Assembly (NCBI GenBank): GCA_965197745.1
Contig: CBDANS010000006.1
Location: 800,001 to 864,000, forward strand
Direction: 5' to 3'
From: Opitutales bacterium
GTDB taxonomy: Bacteria > Verrucomicrobiota > Verrucomicrobiia > Opitutales > PNEW01
DNA length: 64,000 nucleotides
Shown: in pieces, positions 32,457 through 43,744 of the stretch
Position numbering within the stretch: the stretch's first letter is position 1
How the letters are laid out: every line of letters starts with the position of its first letter
The notes under the pieces: generated by a model
Databases searched by the model: none
What the model was told of the DNA's origin: nothing
Seen by the model: the letters and a program-made list of their open reading frames with translations, nothing else
Made by a program: the position numbers and the translations under genes

Positions 32457-32497
32457 CCGGCTGATTTATCTGAATTCTTAAAGAGCGAAGAATATCC

Positions 32498-34170
32498 CTA
32501 CATCAGCTTTTGCATCAATATTCGCTCCTGTGGTAAAAGCTTTTCCGGTTTGACGCCGTCGATTATCTGCTTTGCTTCATCGTAGCGTTCATTGGCCTGA
32601 TATACTAATGCCGCTATTACCCGCCATCGCGGTTGAACACTAATCCAATTTATTTGCAAACCATCTAAAAGTCGCAGGGCGTCCTTGTTATTGCCAAAGC
32701 GCAGATAACCCAGGGCCAGGGTGACGCGATGCGCGAGATACCGGGGGTTTTCCAAAACCATCGCTCTCGCTTTTTCAGTCGAGACAGAAACTTTTTCACC
32801 GAGGAGCAGATTCAAGTAGGCAATGTCGTTTAAGACCGCGGGTTCATCCGGATATACTTTACCCATACGTTCGAGGATATCGCGCATTGCGACCGTTTGC
32901 CCGGTCTGTTGCTCAAGTCTGAGGAGTGCTTCATAAGCACGTCGCATACTTGAAGGTATTTCTGTCAATTTATTCAGGGCGGTCCGTGCGTAAGCGTTCA
33001 ACTGAAGACGCAATGAATACTCTACAACAAACCAGAGTTTCTCCGGATCACGAGAGACTGACAACAAGACTTTATCCCATTCGAGATTGGCACGGCGCAC
33101 TTGTTCAGCTTCCAGATAAACACGCATTTTAAATAAATTATTTATATAGGGTTCGATGGGGACGTTGGGTGAGTCGAGAATTTCTCCAATCGCTTCCCAC
33201 TGGTTTGTCATGGCCATAGCATCGATGCGAATAAGAAATAAGTCCTGTCGCTTGAGAGCCATTTCTGGACTTATTAAAGTCATGGATTGTGCGTATAGTT
33301 TCTCTTTATTCAGCCAGCGTCCTAACTCGGCCAGCTCTTCATCGTGTTGTATAGCAAACAATTTTTTCGATTCCTCGAGAATATCATCAAGATCAACACC
33401 GGGCAATCGGAGCATTAGTTTAAGTCGAAGCAACTTTTCTTCCATGCCCGCATGGGGATGTAATTCCAGCATATTAATGATTTCCTGCAAATCGCCTGCG
33501 AGGATATTGGGAGCACGTGACAGATTGCGTAACGCCGATAATCCCAGTGCATCCTGTCGCTTAGCCAATTCCCACAAGTATTGTAAACCTTCACGTCGCA
33601 CATTGGATTGAGGCGATAGTTGAGTGAGCTGGACATAAAAAAATGCGCATCTTCTGGAATGACTTCGTGCGTTACGAGCTGACGGGCTGCTTCAATTGAT
33701 TCATGAACTTTATTCTGACTGGCGAGTAAACGGGCTTTTAGGTATAATAACCCAGAATCGGTTTTAAGCTCTTGCGAAAAAAAGGAAAGCTGCTCTTCCA
33801 CAAGCTCTAATAGCCCCGTGGCAAGAGCCGCTTTGGCAAGACCTATACGGTCATCGCGCGCCCCGTTGCTCAGTTTTACCGATTCTTTCCAAAAAGGCAG
33901 CGATTTATAAGGATCGGTTTCGCTGTAGATCCGCGCTACTGCACGCACCACTTCGAGAACATGAGGAGCTAAATTATAAGCAGCACGCGCTTTTTCCCAG
34001 GCTTCTGCACGGTCTTCATCTTCTTCAAATATCGCTATCGCTTGCGCCGATAGTTGACGCGCCCGCCATTCCTTGAATTCCCGATATATAGGTTTGGCCA
34101 GAAAGAATGCCGCGAGGAGGATGACCCCAATACCAATGGGGATGGCAATCTTCTTCCGAAAAAAATTCAT
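32498..34170 (-). pseudogene. Membrane-anchored TPR-like protein, frameshifted
   Basis: N-terminal TM plus helical repeats (33415-34170). Adding one base to the A7 run at 33637-33643 gives HFFYVQLTQLSPQSNVRREG and joins ORF 32498-33601 (NDIAYLNLLL..TLALGYLR). Confidence 0.8.
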
Positions 34171-34216
34171 GGGAATATCTGTTTTCCCTCGTTCCGTCCC
34201 TTAAACACTAGACGCA

Positions 34217-35083
34217 TTAATTATCCTTAATTGATTTTTTCAGTTCAAACGATTTAGCCTCATTAAGAAATTCGTAATAGCCGTGCAGGCGTGCGAAGTA
34301 ATAGCCTTCTTTACCATCGAGAAATCCACCCTGTAAAAGATAAATGTAAAGAAAGCGAAGCCATGGCCTGAAAGGAAGTCTTCTTGATAATCCTTTTAAA
34401 CGTCGGCGAAAATTAGCAGCTGAATTTTGCAGTGTTGAATTGCTGGAGCCTGTAGCACGATCAAGTGCCACTCGCGCTTCCCAGTTTGAATAGCGATTGT
34501 GTTTTTCAACAAATGTCGCGATATTGGGGAAAGCGTAATGATTCATTTCAGTTTTAAGGTGTCCGGTATCACCTTGAATAATGACATGCTCATGCACTTC
34601 ATTATCACCACTATCCGTAGCTAAATCTGTCAGCTTTTCATAACTTCCCAATTGGTGTTTAAAGAAGCGTAAATTCCAATTGGGGTAATAGGCATGCTTA
34701 AGCCACTTGCCCATAAAGTAGAAACGCCTATTTATCCAGTATCCGGCCATGGGTTCGTTCTGATTAGCCACTATCTTTCTGATTTCTTCTTCAGCGCCTG
34801 GCTCAAGGGCTTCATCTGCATCAATAATAAACACCCATTGGTGATTAAATGAGAGGTTTTCAAGAGCCCAGTTTTTCTTTTTCGGCCAGGTCCCGTTAAA
34901 TTGAAATTGTACCACTTCAGCGTTATATTTTTTTGCGATTTCTTGAGTATCATCTATACTTTGAGAATCCACGACAAAGATCTCGTCAGCCCAATCAATT
35001 GATTGGAGACAGCGCTCTAAATTGAGGCTTTCATTTTTTACCGGAATTAAAACTGAAAGGGGTACTTTCTTCGTATGACCCAT
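34217..35083 (-). CDS. Glycosyltransferase family 2 (KdtX/WaaE-like)
   Basis: SVLIPVKNE, VVDSQS, IDADE, NEVHEH, KHNRYSNWEA, GFLDG. Confidence 0.9.
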   Translation of the reverse strand: MGHTKKVPLSVLIPVKNESLNLERCLQSIDWADEIFVVDSQSIDDTQEIAKKYNAEVVQFQFNGTWPKKKNWALENLSFNHQWVFIIDADEALEPGAEEEIRKIVANQNEPMAGYWINRRFYFMGKWLKHAYYPNWNLRFFKHQLGSYEKLTDLATDSGDNEVHEHVIIQGDTGHLKTEMNHYAFPNIATFVEKHNRYSNWEARVALDRATGSSNSTLQNSAANFRRRLKGLSRRLPFRPWLRFLYIYLLQGGFLDGKEGYYFARLHGYYEFLNEAKSFELKKSIKDN

Positions 35084-35151
35084 ACTATTATTTATAATGG
35101 TGTAATACTAAACTGCAATGTTTTTACCAATGGATTGAAGGATTACAATTG

Positions 35152-36153
35152 TTAATGGGCAGCGCCAGTATTGCGCAGATGTTCCACCAGTTGATCAAGT
35201 CCTGTCTCTATGTCGATCGCAGGTTCATATTTCAGATCTCTGCGCGCTGCATCAATTTTGAAATAATGGTTCTTTGCCAGTTCAACGGCAAGAAAGCGTG
35301 TCATCGGAGGTTCCTGGCTCTGGCCAACAATTTTATAAAGACTCTCAAAGAGTAGGCCCATGGCATAGGCCTTCTTAAGTGTTACCTTTTTCTGCACCGT
35401 CGGGATTTTAAGACGCTTAAGTAATCCATTTATCCATTCCCAGAGTAATACCGGCTGCCCTTGTGAAATAAAATATGCTTTCCCGCCAGCCATTCCTTTT
35501 TCTAAAGCATCTTGTGCCAGAAGATGGGCGGCAGCAGCATTTTCAACATGCGTTATATCGACACGGTTATGACCATTCCCAATGACACGCAATCGCCCTG
35601 CTTGAGCGCGGTCAATTATACGCGGGATAAGATGGGGATCGCCTATTCCCCACATCAGGTGCGGTCGCAATGCGATGGTTCGCAATTGACAAGCCCCATC
35701 TGCTTCAAGAATTTCACTTTCCGCGATGGCTTTAGTATGAGCATAATGGCAAATCCAATTTCGACCGTAAGGCAATGATTCATCCGCTCCCTCAAACGAA
35801 TCACCATTAAATACTACGCTCGGGGTACTTGTGTATATGAGCCGAGAAACATTATGCTCTTTACAGGCTTTTATTACATTCCGCGTAGCTAACACATTGG
35901 TATTATAATAGCTGTCCCAGCTACCCCAGATACCCGCCTTAGCGGCAACATGAAAAACTACATGGACCTCCCTGCATGCATCTCTGACAAGATCAAAATT
36001 TTGTATATCTCCCCGATGGACAAATACCCCTTGGTCTTCCAAATCTGGTTGTGGAGATCGGCCCAGTATCGCAATCTCATATTTTCGCTCATGTAATTTT
36101 TTAACAAGATAACGTCCGAGAAATCCACCTCCTCCTGTTACCAATACTTTCAT
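35152..36153 (-). CDS. oleD: OleD-like 2-alkyl-3-oxoalkanoate reductase (3-beta-HSD/SDR family)
   Basis: TGGGGFLG, HVAAKAGIWG, YTSTPSVVF, YAHTK, LRPHLMWG, EPPMTRF; ATGA-coupled to the oleC-like gene. Confidence 0.8.
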   Translation of the reverse strand: MKVLVTGGGGFLGRYLVKKLHERKYEIAILGRSPQPDLEDQGVFVHRGDIQNFDLVRDACREVHVVFHVAAKAGIWGSWDSYYNTNVLATRNVIKACKEHNVSRLIYTSTPSVVFNGDSFEGADESLPYGRNWICHYAHTKAIAESEILEADGACQLRTIALRPHLMWGIGDPHLIPRIIDRAQAGRLRVIGNGHNRVDITHVENAAAAHLLAQDALEKGMAGGKAYFISQGQPVLLWEWINGLLKRLKIPTVQKKVTLKKAYAMGLLFESLYKIVGQSQEPPMTRFLAVELAKNHYFKIDAARRDLKYEPAIDIETGLDQLVEHLRNTGAAH

Positions 36154-37826
36154 GATGATAAATAATATATAAAATTCTTTTTATTATATCTCCGCGCTAA
36201 TGTGAGGCGGTGGATTTTCGCATTGTGCCGAACATCAACAGGTAAAGTTTTTTGGATAAAGAACCGATCAATACTTCGCGTAGTTTTGTGACCATCACCC
36301 AGCTCTCTAAGTTCTGCTATCAATCTATGCCGCTGCGTGGCTTTATCAGGATATTTATCTTTTTCAGGTTCTACGACTATAGCCGGAGTTTGTTCTCCGG
36401 GCTCACCTAACCCGATAAGGGCGGTCCTGAAAACTGCTGAATGCTGATTAAATATAGCTTCACAACAATCGGTGAATAGATCCCCCTCGGACGTGCGCAC
36501 GCGTTCAGCCATTCTTCCGCAAAACCAGAGTCGTTCCTCATCGTCAATATACCCCAAGTCTCCCATCCGGTGCCAGATCTCACCCTCGTCATCAATCTTT
36601 GCCCATCGTGTCTTTTCTCTTTGGAAATCATACTCCTTCGTTACCACGGATCCTCTAACGATAATTTCCCCTATGGTTCCACGCGGAACTTCAAGATCGG
36701 GAGCCCATTTTTCAATCGGCTTTTCCATGATTTGAATTACCCGCACGGAAATTTCCGGCAGTGGTTTGCCCACGCAAGTCCCCCTTCCCTGGCGCGTGAG
36801 AGCCCAAGTCTCCTTCAATATTTCTGGTCCGCTTATGGATGAAATGGGCAGGCACTCTGTTGCACCGTAGGGGGTGTAAATAGTACCATGGGGAAGCGTT
36901 TTTTTAAATTCTTCAATAAGTGAAGGCGAGACCGGCGCGCCAGCCATAAGCACCCGCTTTACTGTCGGTAAACTGACTTTATACTCCATGCAGTGTCGAC
37001 TGATTCTAGACCAAACCGCGGGAGAACCAAAACTGTTTGTCACCTCACACTGAATTATTGACTGCACAATTTTAAGCGGATTTATAGTGGCCGGTTGACT
37101 GGGATTCATCTCCGGCACTACTGTCGTCATACCAAGCGCAGGATTGAAAAGAGCAAAGATCGGTAACAAGGGGAGATCTATCTCCCCGCGCTTGATCTCA
37201 TATTGTTCTCTAATCAGTCGCACTTGTGCCTCAAACATACCATGTTCGTAGCATACCCCTTTAGGGGGCCCCGTTGACCCCGAAGTAAAAAGGATAGCCG
37301 CGAGGTCATTACGGTGGGTTATCGCCATCTTGTAAGATTCGCTCCCCTTACATTCACCCCGGGTCCGTGATTTAGCTTGTCTGAAATGATTGCTTTCAGA
37401 ATTAATCCTGGTGCGAAGTTTAGATAAATAGGGGAAAAATAAACGGCTTAACCATTGCGCCTTGGGAATACCGATAAGTATATCCGGTTCCGATTGACGT
37501 AAGCAGTTGAGGAAATGCTTCAACCGCATACCAGGATCAATCAGGATGGGAACTGCCCCGATTTTAAAAAGGGCAAAGCTTGTCATTATGAAATCAATTC
37601 CCGGCTTTAATAAAAGCAGAACGCGATTGCCGCGACCTACCTTGCGCCGGGATAAGTATCGTGAAATATTATCACAGCCTTTATTCAATTCTGAAAAGCT
37701 AAGTTCATTATAAATTATAATTCCATCCGGATTACATCCCTGGGGCACTTTAATGGCACAACTTCCCGGTGCCTCACGCGCCATTAAAGAAAGATAACGT
37801 GCTACGTTAGAATGTTCTTCTGTCAT
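36150..37826 (-). CDS. oleC: OleC-like olefin beta-lactone synthetase (AMP-forming)
   Basis: IDPGM, FTSGSTGPPKGV, SFGSPAVW, TPYGATECLP, WHRMGDLG..LWFCGR, PVDVRHNAKI. Confidence 0.82.
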   Translation of the reverse strand: MTEEHSNVARYLSLMAREAPGSCAIKVPQGCNPDGIIIYNELSFSELNKGCDNISRYLSRRKVGRGNRVLLLLKPGIDFIMTSFALFKIGAVPILIDPGMRLKHFLNCLRQSEPDILIGIPKAQWLSRLFFPYLSKLRTRINSESNHFRQAKSRTRGECKGSESYKMAITHRNDLAAILFTSGSTGPPKGVCYEHGMFEAQVRLIREQYEIKRGEIDLPLLPIFALFNPALGMTTVVPEMNPSQPATINPLKIVQSIIQCEVTNSFGSPAVWSRISRHCMEYKVSLPTVKRVLMAGAPVSPSLIEEFKKTLPHGTIYTPYGATECLPISSISGPEILKETWALTRQGRGTCVGKPLPEISVRVIQIMEKPIEKWAPDLEVPRGTIGEIIVRGSVVTKEYDFQREKTRWAKIDDEGEIWHRMGDLGYIDDEERLWFCGRMAERVRTSEGDLFTDCCEAIFNQHSAVFRTALIGLGEPGEQTPAIVVEPEKDKYPDKATQRHRLIAELRELGDGHKTTRSIDRFFIQKTLPVDVRHNAKIHRLTLARRYNKKNFIYYLSS

Positions 37827-37971
37827 ATAAAATTAATCTGCGAAACGTTTTAACGCCAATGACAACAAGTAATAAATAATGCATTAAATTTGGAATGAGA
37901 CTGTTCAGGATACCTGCAATCTTTAATAATATAAGCACTTTAAAGAGAAGAAGAAATCAATCGACTGAGAA

Positions 37972-39114
37972 CTAGGATTGAATTGATGCAGTTAAGGCAC
38001 CGAATATCTTTTCGGCTTTATCCAAGGCTGTTTCCAGAGTATGATCAAGGACGCAGAAATGACCCATTTTTCGCCCCGCGCGGGGCGTTCCCTTATCGTA
38101 AAGATGAAGTTTTACGGCTGGATCTTTAAGCATAATATTCCATTCAGGTTCGCCGCGTTTCCATAAATCACCGAGAAGGTTGACCATTACGACGGGGGTG
38201 AGAAGGGCTGTAGAACCCAATGGGAGTCCACAAACTGATCGCACATGCTGCTCAAATTGACTTGTTAAACAGGCATCAAAACTGTAATGACCTGAATTAT
38301 GTGGTCGGGGAGCAAGTTCATTCACAAACCATTTATTGTCCTCCGTGAGAAAAAATTCCACGGCTAACAACCCTACGAGGTCGAGCGCTTCAGCAATTTC
38401 ACAGGTGATTTCCTCCGCTTCACGCTGCTTATCCGCTTCAATGCGTGCGGGCACGATTGAGGTATGAAGAATATGATTGTAATGGATGTTCTCGGCCAAC
38501 GGAAACGTAATTTTCTCGCCCTTCTCGCTCCTTGCGCAGATAACAGAAAACTCACCTCGGTGGGATATCCATTTTTCAACGATGCCAACATCAGCTTCAA
38601 AATGATTCCAAATAGCCTGGAGATCCGCACTCGGTGAATCTATTTTTTCCTGCCCTTTACCATCATATCCGAAAGCTGCCGTTTTAAGGACAGAAGGTAA
38701 ACCCAATCGGGAAATCGCGTCGGTAAATTCCTGAGACGAACGCACTACTTCAAAAGGAAGACAAGGGAAGCCTGATTCACTTAAAAACTCTTTTTCCCGC
38801 TGACGATGCTGACAGATGCGCAACACCCGTTGAGACGGATGCAAGGGCACCTTTTCGGCAATGACTTCGAGAGCTGAAGCGGGTATGTTTTCAAACTCGA
38901 GGGTAACAACATCAACCTCAGAAGCAAATTTCCGTAGCTTTTCGTTGTCTTCATAAGTTGCATTTACCTCGCTATCGGCTATCATGCCGGCTGCGCAACC
39001 AGCTTGAGGTTCGTAAATAACAAAACGATAACCCAATCGCCTGCCTGCAAGAATGGTCATGCGACCGAGCTGCCCACCTCCAAAAATACCTATAGTACTA
39101 CCAGGTGAGATCAT
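37972..39114 (-). CDS. purK: N5-CAIR synthase
   Basis: [42 protein letters not shown]. Confidence 0.96.
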   Translation of the reverse strand: MISPGSTIGIFGGGQLGRMTILAGRRLGYRFVIYEPQAGCAAGMIADSEVNATYEDNEKLRKFASEVDVVTLEFENIPASALEVIAEKVPLHPSQRVLRICQHRQREKEFLSESGFPCLPFEVVRSSQEFTDAISRLGLPSVLKTAAFGYDGKGQEKIDSPSADLQAIWNHFEADVGIVEKWISHRGEFSVICARSEKGEKITFPLAENIHYNHILHTSIVPARIEADKQREAEEITCEIAEALDLVGLLAVEFFLTEDNKWFVNELAPRPHNSGHYSFDACLTSQFEQHVRSVCGLPLGSTALLTPVVMVNLLGDLWKRGEPEWNIMLKDPAVKLHLYDKGTPRAGRKMGHFCVLDHTLETALDKAEKIFGALTASIQS

Positions 39115-39623
39115 GAGTCAGGCAAGTCAGTCTTAAGCACAGTAGCAGTCTGCTCCTCGCGAAAGTTGACGAGCCGATTTCGGAGTCTCTTGTTCTCTAA
39201 AGATAGTATTGCTGCTGCGCTGAGAGCGGCATTGATAGCTCCGGCTTTTCCAATGGCAAAAGTTGGCACCGGTATACCAGCAGGCATTTGCACGATGGAT
39301 AAGAGCGAATCCAATCCATTGAGTGCTCGTGACTGCACCGGAACTCCGAGAACGGGCAGTTCGGTCATCGATGCTGTCATCCCAGGAAGATGGGCGGCTC
39401 CAGCTGCTCCCGCAATAATAACCTTGAGCCCGCGACCAGCCGCTTCGTGGGCATATTTATAAAGCTTTTTGGGTGTGCGATGGGCACTGACAATTTTTTT
39501 TTCAAAAGGGATCTTTAACCCATCCAATTTTTCAGCCGCATGCCGCATTGTCTCCCAGTCTGAGGCACTGCCCATTATTAATCCAACAAGAGGTTGAATT
39601 TTGCTCTTAGTTTTTTTTGCCAT
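39111..39623 (-). CDS. purE: N5-CAIR mutase
   Basis: [36 protein letters not shown]. Confidence 0.97.
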   Translation of the reverse strand: MAKKTKSKIQPLVGLIMGSASDWETMRHAAEKLDGLKIPFEKKIVSAHRTPKKLYKYAHEAAGRGLKVIIAGAAGAAHLPGMTASMTELPVLGVPVQSRALNGLDSLLSIVQMPAGIPVPTFAIGKAGAINAALSAAAILSLENKRLRNRLVNFREEQTATVLKTDLPDS

Positions 39624-39800
39624 AACTATTTTACTTAGAGAGCAATAACCTAAACGTTCTTTTTCCTCAATTCAATCACTAAGCAAAGTCTGATCTAAGA
39701 AGTATTTGCATCCGGGTTCTCCCAGAGAATGATTTTGAACCGCAGGGTATATAGTCCTTTCGTTTCTGCTCTTTTCTATTAATCGAGAATGGCCATACCA

Positions 39801-40185
39801 TTATTCTTTTTCCGGCACGTCAAAGTCGTGGATAGCTTTGCCCGCTTCTTTCGATAGAATATCCAGGGCCGTTTGCCAGTATCAGATATTCTGAATCCCG
39901 CATGGCATTGTCGCTTGCTTTGATCGAAAACTCATTGTTTGTCTTATGCACTTCCTCTACTTCTAAATCAAAAATTCGGGCCCCAAAATCGGCCACCTGC
40001 TGACGCGCGATTTTTTGAAACTCACTCCCCGTCATATGGACAATTCCCAGGTAGTTAATGAGGAGCGTGGAATGCATCGCGGTTTTATCCTGGGCAAAGA
40101 CAGTTACACTCATTCCTTTTTTGGCTAAAAAGAGAGCGGCACTTAAATCGGCCGGACCATCGCCAATAATAGTTACATCTTGCAT
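39801..40185 (-). pseudogene. Short thioredoxin-reductase-like FAD/NAD(P) oxidoreductase with internal deletion
   Basis: MQDVTIIGDGPADLSAALF is a degenerate GGGPAG motif. After YLILANG the sequence jumps, in another frame, to a C-terminus-like ALDILSKEAGKAIHDFDVPEKE*. Confidence 0.75.
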
Positions 40186-40527
40186 GGTGGTAATGTGATG
40201 AGGTGTAATGATGCAATCCAATATTGCACGAGATGCATTTTGCTAGATTAATATGCGCTAGCAAGTATATTACTTGCGCCAATCCGGGTTAAGACACCGT
40301 TAGCGGAATTGTAACGTTATCCTGACATTGAACATTTCAAGGCTTCATAAATGATCCAAAAATATTCTTTCATTAAAGGGTGATTCCTTTACAATATTTT
40401 GAATAGTATAATTTCAGCGCCATTCATAACGGGATCTAATATATATCTGCACCATTTTTATCGATCTCTAAGCAATGATTAATTGTTGGCTTTTTCACGA
40501 TACGCCGAAGAGATAAATTTATAGGTT

Positions 40528-41877
40528 ATGAAAATAGTAATTGTCGGAGCCGGAGAGGTAGGCAGCTATTTATGCGGGATGTTAAGCGAGGGCTCGCACG
40601 AAGTGACGCTGATTGAATCAGCGGGGCATATCGCAAACCGCATCGATGAACAATATGATGTCCGAGTCCTGGATGGTAATGGAAGTTCAGCTGAGATTCT
40701 AAAAAAGGCCGAGGTGGACGATTGTGATTTCTTTCTTGCTATGACCAGTGACGATAAGACGAACCTGATATCAAGTTCACTAGCTAAAGTATTAGGCGCA
40801 CGAACTACGATCGCTCGCATCCATGACCAGACCTATACCGATAATTCCTACATCAATTACCAGCTTCATTTCGGTATCGACATGCTACTTAATCCTGAAG
40901 CTCTCTGCGCTGTGGAGTTGGCTAAAACTATACGCAATCCGGGGCGTGTGGCCGTGGAGAATTTCGCTCGCGGCCAAATCGAAGTGCAGCAAGTACAGAT
41001 TGCTAAGAAGTCTAAATTCATCGGAAAGAGTCTAGCGGAACTGCAACTTAATCCCAAGATGCGATTGGGAACAATTCAGCGGGGTGATACCATAGAACTG
41101 CCGACCGCCAATTCTGTTTTAGAAGTAGATGACTGGGTGACCATATTCGGACCTCCGGATGCAGTGTTAGAATCACGTGTTAATTTTAACCCTGACAGTT
41201 CGGGTGATTTTCTGCGCGTAGTATTATTTGGTGGTAGTGAAATCGCGATTGCCCTTGTCCGATTGCTCACTAACCCACGATTTAAAATTCGCATTATTGA
41301 TAGAGATCCCGAGAAATGTAACTTCCTCGCGGAAAAATTTCCCCACGTGACTGTGATCAATGGAGATGCCACACGACTGCGCGTCTTAGAAGAAGAGCAG
41401 ATTGGCAGTACTGATTACTTTATCGCCTGCACAAAAAATGATGAGAATAATATTATGACGGGTTTACAGTCATCTAAACTGGGTGCCGCTCATGTTCAAA
41501 TTGTCATCAATAAAACGGATTACGAGGAAGTCCTCAATCAGATGAAAGGTTCATTAGGTATTGAATTATCTGTCTCACCGCGTATTGCCACCGTCAATGA
41601 AGTTATGCGTTACATCTCACCCGAACCTTATACTGAGCTTGCCGACCTCCCTCATAAGGCCGGGAAAATTCTCGAATTCAGGATCAGTGGTGAATCAAAG
41701 CATACCGGCAAGTCGATTAAAAATATACCATTCCCTTTGGGAACCGTGCTCGTTGCTCTATTACATAAATTCCAAGCGGTGGTACCTGGCGCGGAGGATA
41801 CACTCCTCGAAGGAGATCGCGTTGTTTTTATCACCAAGGATGAGAACATAAAAGAACTCCTTAAATTATTCACGTAA
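40528..41877 (+). CDS. trkA: Trk potassium uptake NAD-binding subunit
   Basis: GAGEVG; duplicated RCK_N/RCK_C architecture; adjacent to trkH. Confidence 0.94.
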   Translation: MKIVIVGAGEVGSYLCGMLSEGSHEVTLIESAGHIANRIDEQYDVRVLDGNGSSAEILKKAEVDDCDFFLAMTSDDKTNLISSSLAKVLGARTTIARIHDQTYTDNSYINYQLHFGIDMLLNPEALCAVELAKTIRNPGRVAVENFARGQIEVQQVQIAKKSKFIGKSLAELQLNPKMRLGTIQRGDTIELPTANSVLEVDDWVTIFGPPDAVLESRVNFNPDSSGDFLRVVLFGGSEIAIALVRLLTNPRFKIRIIDRDPEKCNFLAEKFPHVTVINGDATRLRVLEEEQIGSTDYFIACTKNDENNIMTGLQSSKLGAAHVQIVINKTDYEEVLNQMKGSLGIELSVSPRIATVNEVMRYISPEPYTELADLPHKAGKILEFRISGESKHTGKSIKNIPFPLGTVLVALLHKFQAVVPGAEDTLLEGDRVVFITKDENIKELLKLFT

Positions 41878-41979
41878 AAATATTATACCTTGCCATAGAC
41901 ATGGTGTTTTTCGCCGACTGGTCATATCATCTTATATCTTTTGATTCTATTAGCGGGCACCTGAAATTATTAAATTGAG

Positions 41980-43455
41980 ATGAATTATTCTGTCATCTTC
42001 AGGTTACTAAGTGTGATTATGGCAGCAATCGGCTTAGCCATGTTAACAAGCCTGGGTGCTGGTTACCTGGCAGGAGACCCCCTGGTCGAAGAACAGGCAT
42101 TATCAGGTTTTGGTATAGGCATATGTGTTGCTCTTGGTCTGGCTGTAGCCCTCTATATTTTAGGCCCACGCGGAGAATTTAAAATGTTTCGTAAAGAGGC
42201 ATTGTGTGTGATTGGCCTCGGCTGGATTCTCTCCTGCCTTGTTGGCGCTTTGCCCTACTTCTTCATTATTCCCGATTGTGGTTTGGCCAACGCGGTTTTC
42301 GAATCCACGTCGGGATTAACGACAACGGGTGCTACTGTTTTCACAGAACTTGAACAACTGCCACGCAGCCTTTTGTTTTGGCGACAGATCAGTCAGTGGA
42401 TTGGCGGCCTTGGCGTAGTCGTATTTTTTGTCGCCATCCTCTCTTTCCTCGGGGCGGGCGCAAAAATTCTCTACTCCCGGGAATCATCCGCGGAGTCGAC
42501 AGAGCTTGATTCCCCTCGAGTTCAAAGTGGGGTTCTTCATATCCTTTATCTCTACTTGGGATTATCTGTTATTTGTGCCATGGTCTACCATATTTGCGGG
42601 ATGTCCTGGTATGATGCCATCTGTCACATGTTTACCACCTTGGCAACCGGTGGGTTCAGCACTTACAGTAATAGCGTCGCGGCTTTCCAAAGTCCACTCA
42701 TTGAATGGATGTTTATCCTTTTCATGATTCTTGGTGCAACCAGCTTTTTCGTTATCCTGCGCACCCTGCGCGGGCAGTGGAAGGAAGCCCTTATGAATAC
42801 AGAAATTCGTGTGTATTATGCCATACTGGCTGTATCCACGGTTATTATCACACTGCTTTTACTCTTCCATGAAATAAACGGTGATCCCATGGATACTTTG
42901 CGCACAAGTCTGTTTCAGGTTGTTTCTATCGCGACAACCTCAGGTTTCAGCACCACTGATTTCGATGCCTGGATACCGGCGACACACTCTGTTCTCCTGG
43001 CGCTGATGGTTATTGGCGGCAGTTCGGGTTCCACCGCCGGTGGTCTGAAAGTAATACGGGTCGTTATTGGTATAAAAATATGCATTGTTAATATTGAAAA
43101 AGCATTTCGCAGTCATGTTGTTCGCCCCATAAAAGTCAACGGGCGCAATATTTCAGTATCAGCGCAAGATAATATTACGATCTATATCGTGCTTATCACT
43201 GTTATCATATATATGAGTAAATGCATAGTAGCCTTACTTGAGAATGATTTGACCCTGGAGGGGACCTATTCAACCGTAATCTCCTGTTTTTACAACATTG
43301 GTCCCGGGTTTTCCGAGATAGGGCCCACCCGCACTTATGCTAATTTTCACGACAGCACTAAATATTTCCTCTCCCTCCTCATGATAATGGGTCGTCTGGA
43401 ACTATATGCTGTTCTCGTCCTCTTTGCTCCTTCGCTTTGGAAACGATTCTCTTGA
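41980..43455 (+). CDS. trkH: Trk potassium uptake membrane subunit
   Basis: FESTSGLTTTGAT, QWIGGLG, ATGGFS, GSTAGGLK, NIGPG, MGRLE. Confidence 0.95.
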   Translation: MNYSVIFRLLSVIMAAIGLAMLTSLGAGYLAGDPLVEEQALSGFGIGICVALGLAVALYILGPRGEFKMFRKEALCVIGLGWILSCLVGALPYFFIIPDCGLANAVFESTSGLTTTGATVFTELEQLPRSLLFWRQISQWIGGLGVVVFFVAILSFLGAGAKILYSRESSAESTELDSPRVQSGVLHILYLYLGLSVICAMVYHICGMSWYDAICHMFTTLATGGFSTYSNSVAAFQSPLIEWMFILFMILGATSFFVILRTLRGQWKEALMNTEIRVYYAILAVSTVIITLLLLFHEINGDPMDTLRTSLFQVVSIATTSGFSTTDFDAWIPATHSVLLALMVIGGSSGSTAGGLKVIRVVIGIKICIVNIEKAFRSHVVRPIKVNGRNISVSAQDNITIYIVLITVIIYMSKCIVALLENDLTLEGTYSTVISCFYNIGPGFSEIGPTRTYANFHDSTKYFLSLLMIMGRLELYAVLVLFAPSLWKRFS

Positions 43456-43501
43456 GAAAATAACCGTAGGCTTAAGCTTACTCGTGAAAGTAACTTAATA
43501 T

Positions 43502-43744
43502 CTAATTGTTATCATCACCGTTTTCACCAATCGCTTCTACCGGGCAACCCTCCAGCGCTTCAGTGCATTCAGCGATTTGATCATCGGTTTCTGGCTGATT
43601 ATAGACATAGGAATAACCCCCCGAATCATTGCGTGTGAAAAAGTCGGGCGCTGTTTCCCGGCACAGGTCGCAATCGATACATTGCTCATCGACATAGAAC
43701 TTCCCGGTAATGTTCTCGGGCCATTTATCTGATTTATCAGCCAT
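43502..43744 (-). CDS. Single-cluster ferredoxin
   Basis: CIDCDLC...CPVEAIG. Confidence 0.92.
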   Translation of the reverse strand: MADKSDKWPENITGKFYVDEQCIDCDLCRETAPDFFTRNDSGGYSYVYNQPETDDQIAECTEALEGCPVEAIGENGDDNN

